Source: Trueperaceae bacterium (GTDB lineage: Bacteria > Deinococcota > Deinococci > Deinococcales > Trueperaceae). From it: a stretch of 64,000 bases of DNA. How positions within the stretch are numbered: the first letter of the stretch is position 1; each line of letters begins with the position of its first letter. This document shows, one piece after another, positions 31,682-40,641 of the stretch. Where the stretch lies: assembly GCA_965213705.1 (NCBI GenBank), contig OZ243913.1, forward strand, positions 96,001 through 160,000. The letters run 5' to 3'. Made by a program: the position numbers and the translations under genes. Below the pieces are notes generated by a model, which saw only the letters and a program-made list of their open reading frames with translations, ran no database searches and was not told the DNA's origin.

Positions 31682-31754
31682 CTCGGATGCAACGATCTCC
31701 GGTCCTCAATTTGGGCGCTTAGACCGGAAGGAGCGAGTAGCGCAACCGACCGAG
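31682..31754 (+). ncRNA. c-di-GMP-II riboswitch aptamer
   Basis: Closing stem ctcgg(31682-31686)/ccgag(31750-31754); GGA.GC.A.GA 5' element; inner stem tccggtc/gaccgga; loop tttgggcgct able to pseudoknot with agcgc; 3' GGAGCGAGTAGCGCAACCGACC matching the class consensus as I recall it (GGAGYnAGUAGYGCAACCGRCC). Confidence 0.8.
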
Positions 31755-31844
31755 TGCGACCCTACTCTCTTTGTCATGCACGCGCACTCATCACCCTTGG
31801 TTAAACCCTAGCCAAGCGCGGTGACAAGACTCTGCGGAGGGGTC

Positions 31845-31979
31845 ATGAACAAACACCTCAAAGTTTCTCTGTTGGTTATCAGTTTGCTGTTGGGCGGCGC
31901 CGGTTTCGCTGGAACCGCGCACGTGGGCGGCGCCTATACCGGCACCGCGACCGTCGCCAAGTTCTGGCCGAGCAAGTAA
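31845..31979 (+). CDS. 44-aa secreted peptide precursor downstream of the riboswitch
   Basis: Not in the ORF track. GGAGG RBS; MNKHLKVSLLVISLLLGGAGFA|GTAHVGGAYTGTATVAKFWPSK; n/h/c signal regions with a GFA cleavage site. Confidence 0.75.
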   Translation: MNKHLKVSLLVISLLLGGAGFAGTAHVGGAYTGTATVAKFWPSK

Positions 31980-32000
31980 CTTCAACCCTGATTCAGTTCG

Positions 32001-32061
32001 GCGGTCGGTAGGCGAGCTGCGCCAGACCGCTTTTCAGGCGGGTGCTCACGAGCACCCGCCT
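32001..32061 (+). terminator. Two tandem hairpins ending the peptide transcript
   Basis: gcggtc...gaccgc followed by tttt, then aggcgggtgctc-ac-gagcacccgcct. Confidence 0.65.
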
Positions 32062-32159
32062 AGCTTGTTTGGCGGGGTAAAAATAGGTCTCGAGAGCGAG
32101 CGCGTTCGGCCTGGTCCAAACACTTCCGCCCGAAACCCCACCTCAGCCTGGGCGACTTA

Positions 32160-32275
32160 CACGGGCTCCGGTAACCCACCCGGCAAACTCGACAGAGGTT
32201 TCTCGATATTTTATTAAAACCCATTTCCGTTTCTTTTCGCTCCGTTCGAGTTGAAAAAGGCAACCGAAAAGGGTT
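32160..32275 (-). repeat. Degenerate copy of the dispersed structured repeat
   Basis: cacgggctccggtaa...actc...aggttt...ttattaaaacccat...tttcttttcgctccgttcg...cgaaaagggt aligns with the reverse complement of about 17080-17200. Confidence 0.6.
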
Positions 32276-32329
32276 AGGAGACGAGCAGGTTTGTCCCGAA
32301 GTTGCCGGGGCTGTCAGTTACCGGGTTCG

Positions 32330-33316
32330 TCAGTTACCGGCAGGGCCGCTCAGTTTACGCCACACGACCGAACCGCCCGACGCGGCCGCCGAGGACGAAA
32401 AGACACCCTCGAGCCGTTGAGGCGACACGGCGTTCAGGGTCATCGTGCCGCCTTGAGCGTCAACACCTTCTTCGAACGACACGGCCAAGGTGTCGGCGTC
32501 GACGTACGCGCCCGTGAGCGCGATGCGGTTCGCCGCGCTGGGCGCGTAGCTCAGGGTGCGGGCCGCGCCCGGCGCGCTCTCGGCCGTTTTGTTGCCCAAA
32601 GCTGAGAAAGTCCCACCCGACGCCGTAACGTCGAGGCGAAACGTCAGCTCGAGCCCTAGATAGGTGGGATAGGCTGTCCGCTCGATGGTGGTCGTCATCT
32701 CCCAGATGCCCGCCAGCTCGCTCAGGCGGTCGTCGGTGGCAGTGGCGGGAAACGCTCGAGCCGGTTCGGGTGCCGGCAAACCAGTTCCTGTTGCCGTTGC
32801 GGCGTTGCGCAAAACGTCGGACTCGGGCGTGTCGGGCGGGGGGGTGAGTGGCGCGGGGGCGGACAGCACGACGTCAGAGGGCGCCGGTGACGCTGAAGCA
32901 GTCGGTGGCACTGAAGCAGTCGGTGGCGCTGTGAACGCTACCTGAGAGGGCGTGTCGGGAACGCTCCCCACCGAATCCGGCGCGTCACCCACCCCTTCAC
33001 CTATCGCTTCACCCACCGCGTCGTCCGCCGTGTCATCCCTTGCGTCGTTCACTGCGTCGTTCGCCCTGGTTTCTACTGCGGTTTCCAGCGGGTCTACCGC
33101 TGCAGAACCCTCCGGTTGCAAACGCGCTCTCAAAGTGGCTATTTCGTTTCTCAACCGGGCGTCCTGGTTGAAACTGCCCAGCGAAAACCCGAAGGCAAGC
33201 GCGCACAGGGTCGCCATGACCCAAAAAAACGTGCGCCCTTCCTCGTCGCGGCGAGCCAAGTAAATGCTGAGCGCGCCGAGAATTCCAAAAGCTGCGGTAA
33301 GAACGAGGGAAAACAT
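32330..33316 (-). CDS. Hypothetical membrane protein (2 TM, coiled coil, P/A/T linker, C-terminal beta domain)
   Basis: Composition and hydropathy of the 328-aa ORF; upstream GAGG RBS. Confidence 0.7.
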   Translation of the reverse strand: MFSLVLTAAFGILGALSIYLARRDEEGRTFFWVMATLCALAFGFSLGSFNQDARLRNEIATLRARLQPEGSAAVDPLETAVETRANDAVNDARDDTADDAVGEAIGEGVGDAPDSVGSVPDTPSQVAFTAPPTASVPPTASASPAPSDVVLSAPAPLTPPPDTPESDVLRNAATATGTGLPAPEPARAFPATATDDRLSELAGIWEMTTTIERTAYPTYLGLELTFRLDVTASGGTFSALGNKTAESAPGAARTLSYAPSAANRIALTGAYVDADTLAVSFEEGVDAQGGTMTLNAVSPQRLEGVFSSSAAASGGSVVWRKLSGPAGN

Positions 33317-33648
33317 GAGAACGTTGAGTAGCCTCTTTCGCTAAGTCCAGTTGGAGAGCGGTTACCGGACGTGTGGTTGCTCGGTTGATACTTTTGTAAT
33401 TGATACTTTTCCAACGAGTCTAATGTAGCAGGGGCTGTCCGGTGAAACCGTGGGGGCGGGGCAAGTTGGAGACCTGCTGGGTTGCCTGTCTTTGGTAGGG
33501 TTGAGTCAAACGGGGGTTAAGGTAGTTTCACACACTCGGTTCGGCAAGGAGCGTAAGGTGTCGAGCGGTGAATATTTTTTCAGGGCAGGCTTTGGCACCG
33601 GCGCTGGGAAGCGTCACCCGGTCGCCTGCGCGGTGAGGTGACCTGACG

Positions 33649-34623
33649 ATGGCCTTGTTCGACTATCCCCTGGACGTTTTGCAAACCTACCGGCCCGAAC
33701 TCGGTGAACCGGACGACTTTGCGGCTTTTTGGCGAGACACCCTGGCCGAAGCCCGCAGCCACGCGCTGAACGCGACGTTCGACAGGGTTGACGTTCGTTT
33801 GAAAACCTTGGAAAGCTACGACGTCACGTTTTCAGGCTACGGCGGTCAGCCCATCAAAGGCTGGTTGAGCTTGCCCGTCGACCGCCCCGAAAAGCTGCCT
33901 TGTGTGGTCGAATACGTCGGTTACGGGGGCGGGCGCGGTTTTCCGACCGACTGGCTTTTGTTCCCGAGTGCAGGCTACGCGCACCTGGTCATGGACACGC
34001 GCGGTCAGGGCAGCGGTTGGCTCAGGGGCGACACGCCGGACTTGCCCACGGCGGGCTCGAGCCCACACGTGCCGGGTTTCATGACGTTGGGCGTACTGTC
34101 GCCGCAGACCTACTACTACCGCCGCTTGTTTACGGACGCGGTGCGCGCGGTCGAGGCGGCGCGCGCCTTTGCAGGGGTCGACGCCGAGCGCGTCGCCGTG
34201 ACCGGCGGCAGCCAAGGTGGCGGCGTCACGCTCGCGGTCGCCGGACTGGTGCCCGACGTAAGCCTCGCCCTGCCGGACGTGCCTTTTTTGTGTCACTACC
34301 GCCGCGCCACCGAACTCGTCGACACGCATCCCTATTACGAGATAAGTCAGTTTTGCAAAACACACCGCGACAAGGTCGAGACCGTGTTTCACACCCTCAG
34401 CTACTTCGACGGCGTTACTTTCGCCGCGCGGGCGCAAGCCAGGGCCCTCTTTTCGGTCGCGCTCATGGACACGGTTTGCCCCCCCTCGACCGTCTACGCC
34501 GCTTTCAACCACTACGCGGGACCCAAAGCCATAAACGTTTACAGGTATAACCAACACGAAGGCGGCCAAAGCTACCAAGCCGCTGCAAAGCTGGCGTTTT
34601 TGGACGAACATTTCAAGCTTTGA
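33649..34623 (+). CDS. Acetyl xylan esterase / cephalosporin-C deacetylase (CE7)
   Basis: [26 protein letters not shown] nucleophile motif, D.VCPPST, HE. Confidence 0.93.
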   Translation: MALFDYPLDVLQTYRPELGEPDDFAAFWRDTLAEARSHALNATFDRVDVRLKTLESYDVTFSGYGGQPIKGWLSLPVDRPEKLPCVVEYVGYGGGRGFPTDWLLFPSAGYAHLVMDTRGQGSGWLRGDTPDLPTAGSSPHVPGFMTLGVLSPQTYYYRRLFTDAVRAVEAARAFAGVDAERVAVTGGSQGGGVTLAVAGLVPDVSLALPDVPFLCHYRRATELVDTHPYYEISQFCKTHRDKVETVFHTLSYFDGVTFAARAQARALFSVALMDTVCPPSTVYAAFNHYAGPKAINVYRYNQHEGGQSYQAAAKLAFLDEHFKL

Positions 34624-35066
34624 ACCTCTGAGCGACTCAGCCGTACGCGCTTGTGCCGAGACCCATCTTCACCTGTACCCCACACTTTTCAAACGTCGGT
34701 AACCCGTCCTCGAGCCGGTACGAAGCGGCAAAAATCTCTCGGTGCCGTTCAACCTTGTCGCCTTTCGGCTTCAGTTTGACCGGCGTTTGAACACCCTCTC
34801 AGCCAACCACTGCGCCCTCGAGCGCCTTGCATGACGAAGCCGACAGGGTGTGCCAAGACCTAAACCTCGTCGTCCGTAACGCGAAAAGTTTTTACCACGC
34901 CCCTAAACACACCTCGCCGTTCCCGCTTGCCAGAACAGACTTTTTGACTCGTGTTCGAAGCCCGCCGGGTTGACCGCCTACCCTTTTCGAACCCACCGGC
35001 GCAGACTCGGCGGCGCTTGCCGTTGTTGTGCGCTTATAATGAGTAAAGATTCAGGAGGCCGTAGCG

Positions 35067-35873
35067 GTGGTATGGGCGCAAGTCGTCGAACCCTCACCCA
35101 AACTTTTCGAAGCGGGGCGGGTACTTCACTGGGCTTTGCAGGTCCCGGCCGCCTTTGCCGCGACTTTTCTGGTTCCCCAAGAAGACGACAGCCACATGAA
35201 TTTTAGGTGGCGCGCCGCACTCGGTGCGCTCAGCAGCGACACTTGCTCGGACGGTTACCGCGTCGGCTTACGTTTTCACGACCTGACCCTGCTGCTTTTC
35301 AAAGACGAGGCGCTGCACAGCAAGTACCCGCTCACCGGCAAAACCCTCGAGCAGGGCTACGCTTGGCTGAGCACCAAACTCGCCACCCCGACCCTGACGC
35401 GACCGGGTTTCCAGTTGCCCCCGCACGTCGTCGCCAGCGGTTCACCTTTTCAAACCAACGAGTTTTACAAAGAAATCGCCAAGTGGTACGCCGACGCCGC
35501 TACGGTCCTGGAAGAGATGCGCGTTCTTTACGAAAGCACGTCGCCGGTGCGCTGCTGGCCCCGTCACTTCGACATGGCGACGCGCCTGGAGCTGGACGCA
35601 CCCGGTGAGACGCGCAGCCTGGGCGTAGGTATGACGCCGGGCGACGCCCAAATTTCGGAACCTTACTGGTACGTGAAGCCCCAGCCTCTACCCGTCACGA
35701 CCGGTTCGCCCCCCCTCGACGACAGCCGTTGGCTTGCAGCGGGCTGGACGGGCGCGGTGCTGAAGGCCTCGGACCTGACCAACCGCTCTGCCGACGCACA
35801 AGCTTTACAGGTTGAAGACTTTTTCAAGTCGACCGTCATGGCGGCGCGCAAACTGCTCGAGCCCCCGGACTGA
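35067..35873 (+). CDS. Hypothetical protein (DUF5996-like)
   Basis: DDSHMN, SPVRCWPRHFDMA, GMTPGD....EPYWYV motifs; GGAGG RBS. Confidence 0.7.
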   Translation: MVWAQVVEPSPKLFEAGRVLHWALQVPAAFAATFLVPQEDDSHMNFRWRAALGALSSDTCSDGYRVGLRFHDLTLLLFKDEALHSKYPLTGKTLEQGYAWLSTKLATPTLTRPGFQLPPHVVASGSPFQTNEFYKEIAKWYADAATVLEEMRVLYESTSPVRCWPRHFDMATRLELDAPGETRSLGVGMTPGDAQISEPYWYVKPQPLPVTTGSPPLDDSRWLAAGWTGAVLKASDLTNRSADAQALQVEDFFKSTVMAARKLLEPPD

Positions 35874-36005
35874 AACGCCTCACGGTGCGAAAAGCGTACG
35901 GGCGTTCGGACTGACGAGAACGCGCTCCAACCTCCTGCGACGACCGAATCTCAGGTTTTTGCGTTCAAAACAACGAAGTTTGTACAGGTTTAATTCGAAT
36001 TTTAG

Positions 36006-36025
36006 TACTACAGCTCGTAAACCTT
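36006..36025 (+). repeat. Core 20-mer of the dispersed repeat (TACTACAGCTCGTAAACCTT)
   Basis: Identical to 4798-4817; the flanking stem is not recognisable here. Confidence 0.75.
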
Positions 36026-36229
36026 CACTGAGACAGAAGCGTTTTTGACCTTGCCCCCCTCAACAAGGGGGCGACCTTTCGGGCAGGGGGATGGTGGATG
36101 CGGGCGATAACAAAGGTGTCTCAATATTCGCGGAACCGCTGCTTATATAGATGCCGGTACTGTGCCTGTTGGACTCGGCAGACGCTTTTTGGCTCCCTGT
36201 CTTCAGTCCGCAACGGTTCCTTCTCGCTG

Positions 36230-36261
36230 CTCGGGTTGATTCCGTGCGGAATCAACCCGAG
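36230..36261. terminator. Hairpin overlapping the psuG stop
   Basis: ctcgggttgattccg-tg-cggaatcaacccgag, 15-bp perfect arms. Confidence 0.7.
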
Positions 36262-37166
36262 TCGGCCAAGGCGCAGGCCAACCCCGCCGCAACTTCGGCG
36301 TTGTGCTTGACCAAGGCGATGTTCGTCGTCAAACTTTCGCCCCCGGTCAGGGCGGCGACGCGGCTCAGCAAAAAGGGCGTGACCGCTTTGCCCTGCAAGC
36401 CCTGCGCGCCGACCTCGGCGAGGGCGCGCTCGGTCGCCGCCTGAACCGTGTCGAGGGGCATCGCCGCGGCGGCGGGTACCGGGTTGGCGACGAGCACGCC
36501 GCCCGCCAAACCCAGGGCCCACTTGGTGCGGAGCAGGTCGGCCAGTTCGGCGAGGGTATCGACTCGAGCGTCCACCCCGTAACCGCTCTCGCGCGTGTAA
36601 AACGCCGGAAAATGGTCGGTGCGGTAACCGACGACCGGCACGCCGAGGGTTTCCAGCACCTCCAGGGTACGCCCAATGTCCAAAATCGACTTCGCACCGG
36701 CGCAGACCACGGCCACGCCGGTGCGCGCCAACTCTTGCACGTCCGCCGAAACGTCGAGCGAGACCTCGCCGCCCCGGTGAACCCCGCCGACGCCACCCGT
36801 CGCAAAAACCCGAATCCCCGCCAAGTCGGCGCAAATCATCGTCGCGGCGACGGTCGTCGCGCCGGCCTTGCCCTGCGAGAGCAGGTAAGGCAGGTCGCGG
36901 CGGCTCGCCTTGGCTACGTTCGGGTCGGTCGCCAGGCGTTTCAGCCCCGCCTCGTCCAGACCTACACAGATTTTGCCGTCCAGCAGAGCGACGGTCGCGG
37001 GCACCGCGCCCTCGGTGCGGATGATTTCTTCGACCGCGCGCGCGGTCTCGGCGTTCTGCGGGTAAGGCATCCCGTGCGAGATGAGGGTGGACTCGAGGGC
37101 GACGACGGGCGCGCCCTCGGCAAGCGCCGTTTCGACCTCTGCACTGAGACTCAGGTAAGCGTTCAC
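36252..37166 (-). CDS. psuG: Pseudouridine-5'-phosphate glycosidase
   Basis: [54 protein letters not shown]. Confidence 0.96.
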   Translation of the reverse strand: MNAYLSLSAEVETALAEGAPVVALESTLISHGMPYPQNAETARAVEEIIRTEGAVPATVALLDGKICVGLDEAGLKRLATDPNVAKASRRDLPYLLSQGKAGATTVAATMICADLAGIRVFATGGVGGVHRGGEVSLDVSADVQELARTGVAVVCAGAKSILDIGRTLEVLETLGVPVVGYRTDHFPAFYTRESGYGVDARVDTLAELADLLRTKWALGLAGGVLVANPVPAAAAMPLDTVQAATERALAEVGAQGLQGKAVTPFLLSRVAALTGGESLTTNIALVKHNAEVAAGLACALADSG

Positions 37167-37184
37167 CCGGCAAGTGTAACGCGC

Positions 37185-37490
37185 TCAGTAGGCGGGCGGC
37201 GCGTACAGGTTGAGGGTTTTGAGCGCTTCGGGACCCGTGTTGGTCAGTTCGTGCGCCTCCCCCGCCTCGATGAGGAGCAGGGTACCGGGCCGCAGCGCGA
37301 CCTCGCGTCCGGCCACCACGCCCGTGCCCACGCCCGCCAACACGTACAGCCACTGGTCGCTGCGCGCGTGGCGGTTGTCGGGTCCGCCGGTCGACCGGCC
37401 CGGTGCCAACACCATCGTCGCAGCTTGAGAACGGCTCGTTCCGGCGATGACCTTGAAAAGGTCGCTTGGGTCGATGGTTAGAGTCTGCAT
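37185..37490 (-). CDS. Cupin domain protein
   Basis: SQAATMVLAPG.STGGPDNRH..SDQWLYV, IEAGEAHE, YAPPAY. Confidence 0.88.
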   Translation of the reverse strand: MQTLTIDPSDLFKVIAGTSRSQAATMVLAPGRSTGGPDNRHARSDQWLYVLAGVGTGVVAGREVALRPGTLLLIEAGEAHELTNTGPEALKTLNLYAPPAY

Positions 37491-37608
37491 AACCTGTTAT
37501 AAAACCTGGTTCATCCGCTGAAAGCGTTACGCCCCGCAAAGTGAAAGACGACATACTCGGTGGCTTTTGTGGTGGGGTAACCTGTGGCCCAAACGAGAGG
37601 AGTGAAAG

Positions 37609-38517
37609 ATGCGATTTTTTGTGTGCTTGCTGTCCTGTCTGGTACTCGGCGGTGCCTACGCTCAAACCGGGCCGACGGACCGAGGTCTGCAGACGGCCAG
37701 CTACTACCTGGCCCCGGTCGGGGCGAGCGGGGTGAGCGGCAACTTACAGGTGACCGAGCGGGTGGACGGGGGCAGCACCTTTATCGTGACCTTGCAAGGC
37801 ATCGAACCCGGCCGACGGTACGCCCTGACCCTGCTCGAGGGCGACTGCGGCCCCGACCGCGTGCGTGTGCGCGACCTAAAACCCGTCGGCAGTTTGCCCG
37901 ACGACCCTTACGCGAGCCTCACGGAGGCGAATCTTAGCTTTGCCGACCTCGCCGAGGGCGACTATTTTCTGTACGTGTACGCAGGTGCGACGGACGACAC
38001 ACCCGTAGCAGCCTGCGGCGAGGTCGGGGTAGGGGCGAACGCTACGACCTCGAGCTTCTCGGTCATACCGAGTCCGGCTGCGCCCACGCCAGCACCCGCC
38101 ACGCCGGTCACGATTCCAAGTCCAACCTCCGACTCACCCGAGCGCAGTCCCCGCGCGGCCAGCTACGCGCTCAGCCCGGTCGCGGGCAGCGGGGTGAGCG
38201 GCAACTTGCAGGTTTCCGAACAACTCGGCGGCGGCACCCGCCTGACCGTCTCCCTCGTCGGCATCGCCACGGGCGGGAACTATGCGGGTGGGGACTACGC
38301 GGCCGTGCTCTACAAGGGCGACTGCGGCCCTGACCGTGAGGAAGTCGCGCGCCTTGAAAACGTCAACGCCGCCGACGGCAACCCGAATGCAAGCGTCACC
38401 GAAAGTTCCCTGAGCTACGACGCGGTTGCCGGGGCCAACCATTTTTTGTACATATTGGGCGAACCCAGCGACCGCGTTCTCGCCTGCGGGGAAGTGGGGT
38501 CGGGGGCGAACCGCTAA
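37609..38517 (+). CDS. Secreted protein with two repeated SOD-like/CHRD-like beta domains
   Basis: Signal peptide (AYA-Q). ASYxLxPVxxSGVSGNLQV...GDCGPDR...ACGEVG occurs twice, separated by a Pro/Thr linker. Confidence 0.75.
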   Translation: MRFFVCLLSCLVLGGAYAQTGPTDRGLQTASYYLAPVGASGVSGNLQVTERVDGGSTFIVTLQGIEPGRRYALTLLEGDCGPDRVRVRDLKPVGSLPDDPYASLTEANLSFADLAEGDYFLYVYAGATDDTPVAACGEVGVGANATTSSFSVIPSPAAPTPAPATPVTIPSPTSDSPERSPRAASYALSPVAGSGVSGNLQVSEQLGGGTRLTVSLVGIATGGNYAGGDYAAVLYKGDCGPDREEVARLENVNAADGNPNASVTESSLSYDAVAGANHFLYILGEPSDRVLACGEVGSGANR

Positions 38518-38525
38518 ACCTCGAG

Positions 38526-39404
38526 TCAAGAAGTTAGGAACTCGAGCAGCACTTTTAGGGTGCGCTCCGGCTGTTCTTCGACCAAGAAGTGACCTGCGTC
38601 GGGAACAGCCTCGCCGCGCACGTCCGCGGCATAGTCGCGCCACACCGAGAGCACGTCGTAGCCTTGGTGGACGACGCCGTTTTCGCCCCACAGCGCCAAT
38701 ACCGGACAAGTGATTTTGTGGCCCCGGTCGGCGCGGTCGTGCGCGAGGTCCACCGTCGCCGCCGCCCGGTAGTCCTCGCAGGTCGCGTGGACGGTCAAAG
38801 GGTCAGCGAAACAACGTTCGTACTCAGCCAGCGCTGCCGCCGAAAAAATGCCCAACCCGCCCCCGCCCCAGCCGCCGAGCTTGCGGTGCAGGTAAAAAAG
38901 CGGGTCCGCACCGATGAGTTTTTCGGGCAAGGGCGCGGGTTGGCTGAGAAAAAACCAGTGGTAGTAAGCCCCAGCCACGACGGCGTCGACGGTTTCGAAC
39001 ACGTGGTAGGTCGGCACGATGTCGAGGACGGCCAGACGCGTGACGGTGTCGGGGGCGTCGAGCGCCAAGCGGTGCGCCGCTCGCGCCCCGCGGTCGTGCC
39101 CGACGACCGCGAACTTTTCGAAACCGAGGGCGGTCATCAGCTCGAGCAGGTCTTTCGCCATCATGCGTTTTGAGTAGGTGAGGTGTGCGGCGTCGCCGGG
39201 CGGCTTGTCGCTGTCGCCGTAGCCGCGCAGGTCGGGGGCGACCAAGGTGAACCCTTCGGCGAACCGCGGCGCGAGCCCGTGCCACATCGCGTGGGTTTGC
39301 GGGTAACCGTGCAGCAACAGCAGCGGTGGGCCGTGGCCGCCCACAACCAGGTTGAGGGTCACACCGTTCGCCTCGACACGCCGACGGGTAAACGTCTCGA
39401 ACAT
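38526..39404 (-). CDS. Alpha/beta hydrolase, haloacetate (fluoroacetate) dehalogenase-like
   Basis: LLHGYPQT, GHDRG, LDIVPT, YYHWFF, CEDYRA, GHFLVEE. ATG at 39404. Confidence 0.88.
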   Translation of the reverse strand: MFETFTRRRVEANGVTLNLVVGGHGPPLLLLHGYPQTHAMWHGLAPRFAEGFTLVAPDLRGYGDSDKPPGDAAHLTYSKRMMAKDLLELMTALGFEKFAVVGHDRGARAAHRLALDAPDTVTRLAVLDIVPTYHVFETVDAVVAGAYYHWFFLSQPAPLPEKLIGADPLFYLHRKLGGWGGGGLGIFSAAALAEYERCFADPLTVHATCEDYRAAATVDLAHDRADRGHKITCPVLALWGENGVVHQGYDVLSVWRDYAADVRGEAVPDAGHFLVEEQPERTLKVLLEFLTS

Positions 39405-39406
39405 CG

Positions 39407-39955
39407 CTAAAACCGCCTGCCGCGTCTGCGGGACCGTTGCCGCCGTGTGCCGTGGTCGGGCCGAACCCCGTCGGCCAGTAAGTGCAGCCACTGCGACAGG
39501 TAGTAGCCCAGCAGCGCCGCCAAGCCGAACTGCGGCCAGGTGTCGAGCAGCCGGGTGCGAACGCTGACCTCGTAGCCGAACAGCGGCGCGGCGGCCGTGA
39601 CGAGCCAGCTCAGGGCCAGCGCCACCACCACCATGTAAACGAGCCGGGTCAGCGGCCCCACCAGCCAGGTGTGCGACAGCCCGCGGTGGCTGAACAGCGA
39701 GCCGTAGGGTATCCACAGCAAACCCAGCAAGCCCCAGTTGCTTTTCGAACGCACGCTGTTTTCGGCTAAGTCGAGGTCGGGCGTAACCAAAAACGTGCCG
39801 ATAAAGTAACTCAGGCTGAATAGCGACAAGGTCGGGCGGGTGAGCAGGGGTTCTAAGCCGCCCAGCGAACCCTGGGCGCGGGCGTAGGCGTAGCCCGCCG
39901 CCAAACCTCCAAAAAAGGTGAGGTTGACGGCCTCGTGGGTTCGTCCGCTTGGCAC
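39407..39955 (-). CDS. Putative metal-binding membrane protein (DUF2227)
   Basis: MPSGRTH, TPDLD, W.PY...FSHRGLSH, WLHL.AD. Confidence 0.85.
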   Translation of the reverse strand: MPSGRTHEAVNLTFFGGLAAGYAYARAQGSLGGLEPLLTRPTLSLFSLSYFIGTFLVTPDLDLAENSVRSKSNWGLLGLLWIPYGSLFSHRGLSHTWLVGPLTRLVYMVVVALALSWLVTAAAPLFGYEVSVRTRLLDTWPQFGLAALLGYYLSQWLHLLADGVRPDHGTRRQRSRRRGRRF

Positions 39956-39994
39956 AGCTTTAGTTTACAGCCTCAGTTTAACCTGTAGGGGCGC

Positions 39995-40513
39995 TCAGCC
40001 CCGGGTCGGGTTGCTGACGTTGCTCATCGCCGAAACGTCGTCGTTGTTTGACGTGCTCAGCACCGAAAAGCTGCCGTCGGTCTCCAGAACGACCGCCGCG
40101 ACCGCGTCCATGCTGAGGTGCCCACTCTCACGTACCCCGGCCTGCACCTCCTCTTCGGTGACCCGCTGGCGGCGCATGACCTCACGCAGATAGCGGCCCT
40201 GATGGTAAAGAAGCGTGGGACTCGCTTTGATAAAGTGTTGAAAACGCTCCGACCGCACCGAAAAATAAGTGATGAGATACTGGCAGACGATAAGCACCGC
40301 AAAAGCCGCGACACCCTCGAGCAGGCTCACGTTTTTGTTCAAAATGACACTCGCCAAGGTCGAACCGAACGCGACGGTGATGATAAAGTCGAAAGCGTTC
40401 ATCTTGGAGAGCGTCCGCTTGCCCGACACCCGCAGCAGCGCGACGAGCGCTATGTAAGCAAGAGGCCCGACGACGACCACACGGAAGATGCTCTCCCAAC
40501 CGTTAAAAAACAT
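39995..40513 (-). CDS. DUF421 (YetF-like) membrane protein
   Basis: LRVSGKRTLSKMNAFD and VLETDGSFSV. ATG at 40513. Confidence 0.9.
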   Translation of the reverse strand: MFFNGWESIFRVVVVGPLAYIALVALLRVSGKRTLSKMNAFDFIITVAFGSTLASVILNKNVSLLEGVAAFAVLIVCQYLITYFSVRSERFQHFIKASPTLLYHQGRYLREVMRRQRVTEEEVQAGVRESGHLSMDAVAAVVLETDGSFSVLSTSNNDDVSAMSNVSNPTRG

Positions 40514-40581
40514 GTTTCCCCCAAAAGTGTTTCCCCAAAGCGCTGTCAGCGGTATTCGCACGTGAGGCTGCTTGCCATATT

Positions 40582-40618
40582 AAAAAAGGGCAGCGCGTCA
40601 CTATAACGCGCTGCCCTT
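40582..40618 (-). terminator. Rho-independent terminator of the YsnF/fasciclin operon
   Basis: On the minus strand aagggcagcgcgt...acgcgctgccctt followed by a T-run. Confidence 0.85.
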
Positions 40619-40641
40619 GCTACGAGTTAGCGTTTTCGACG

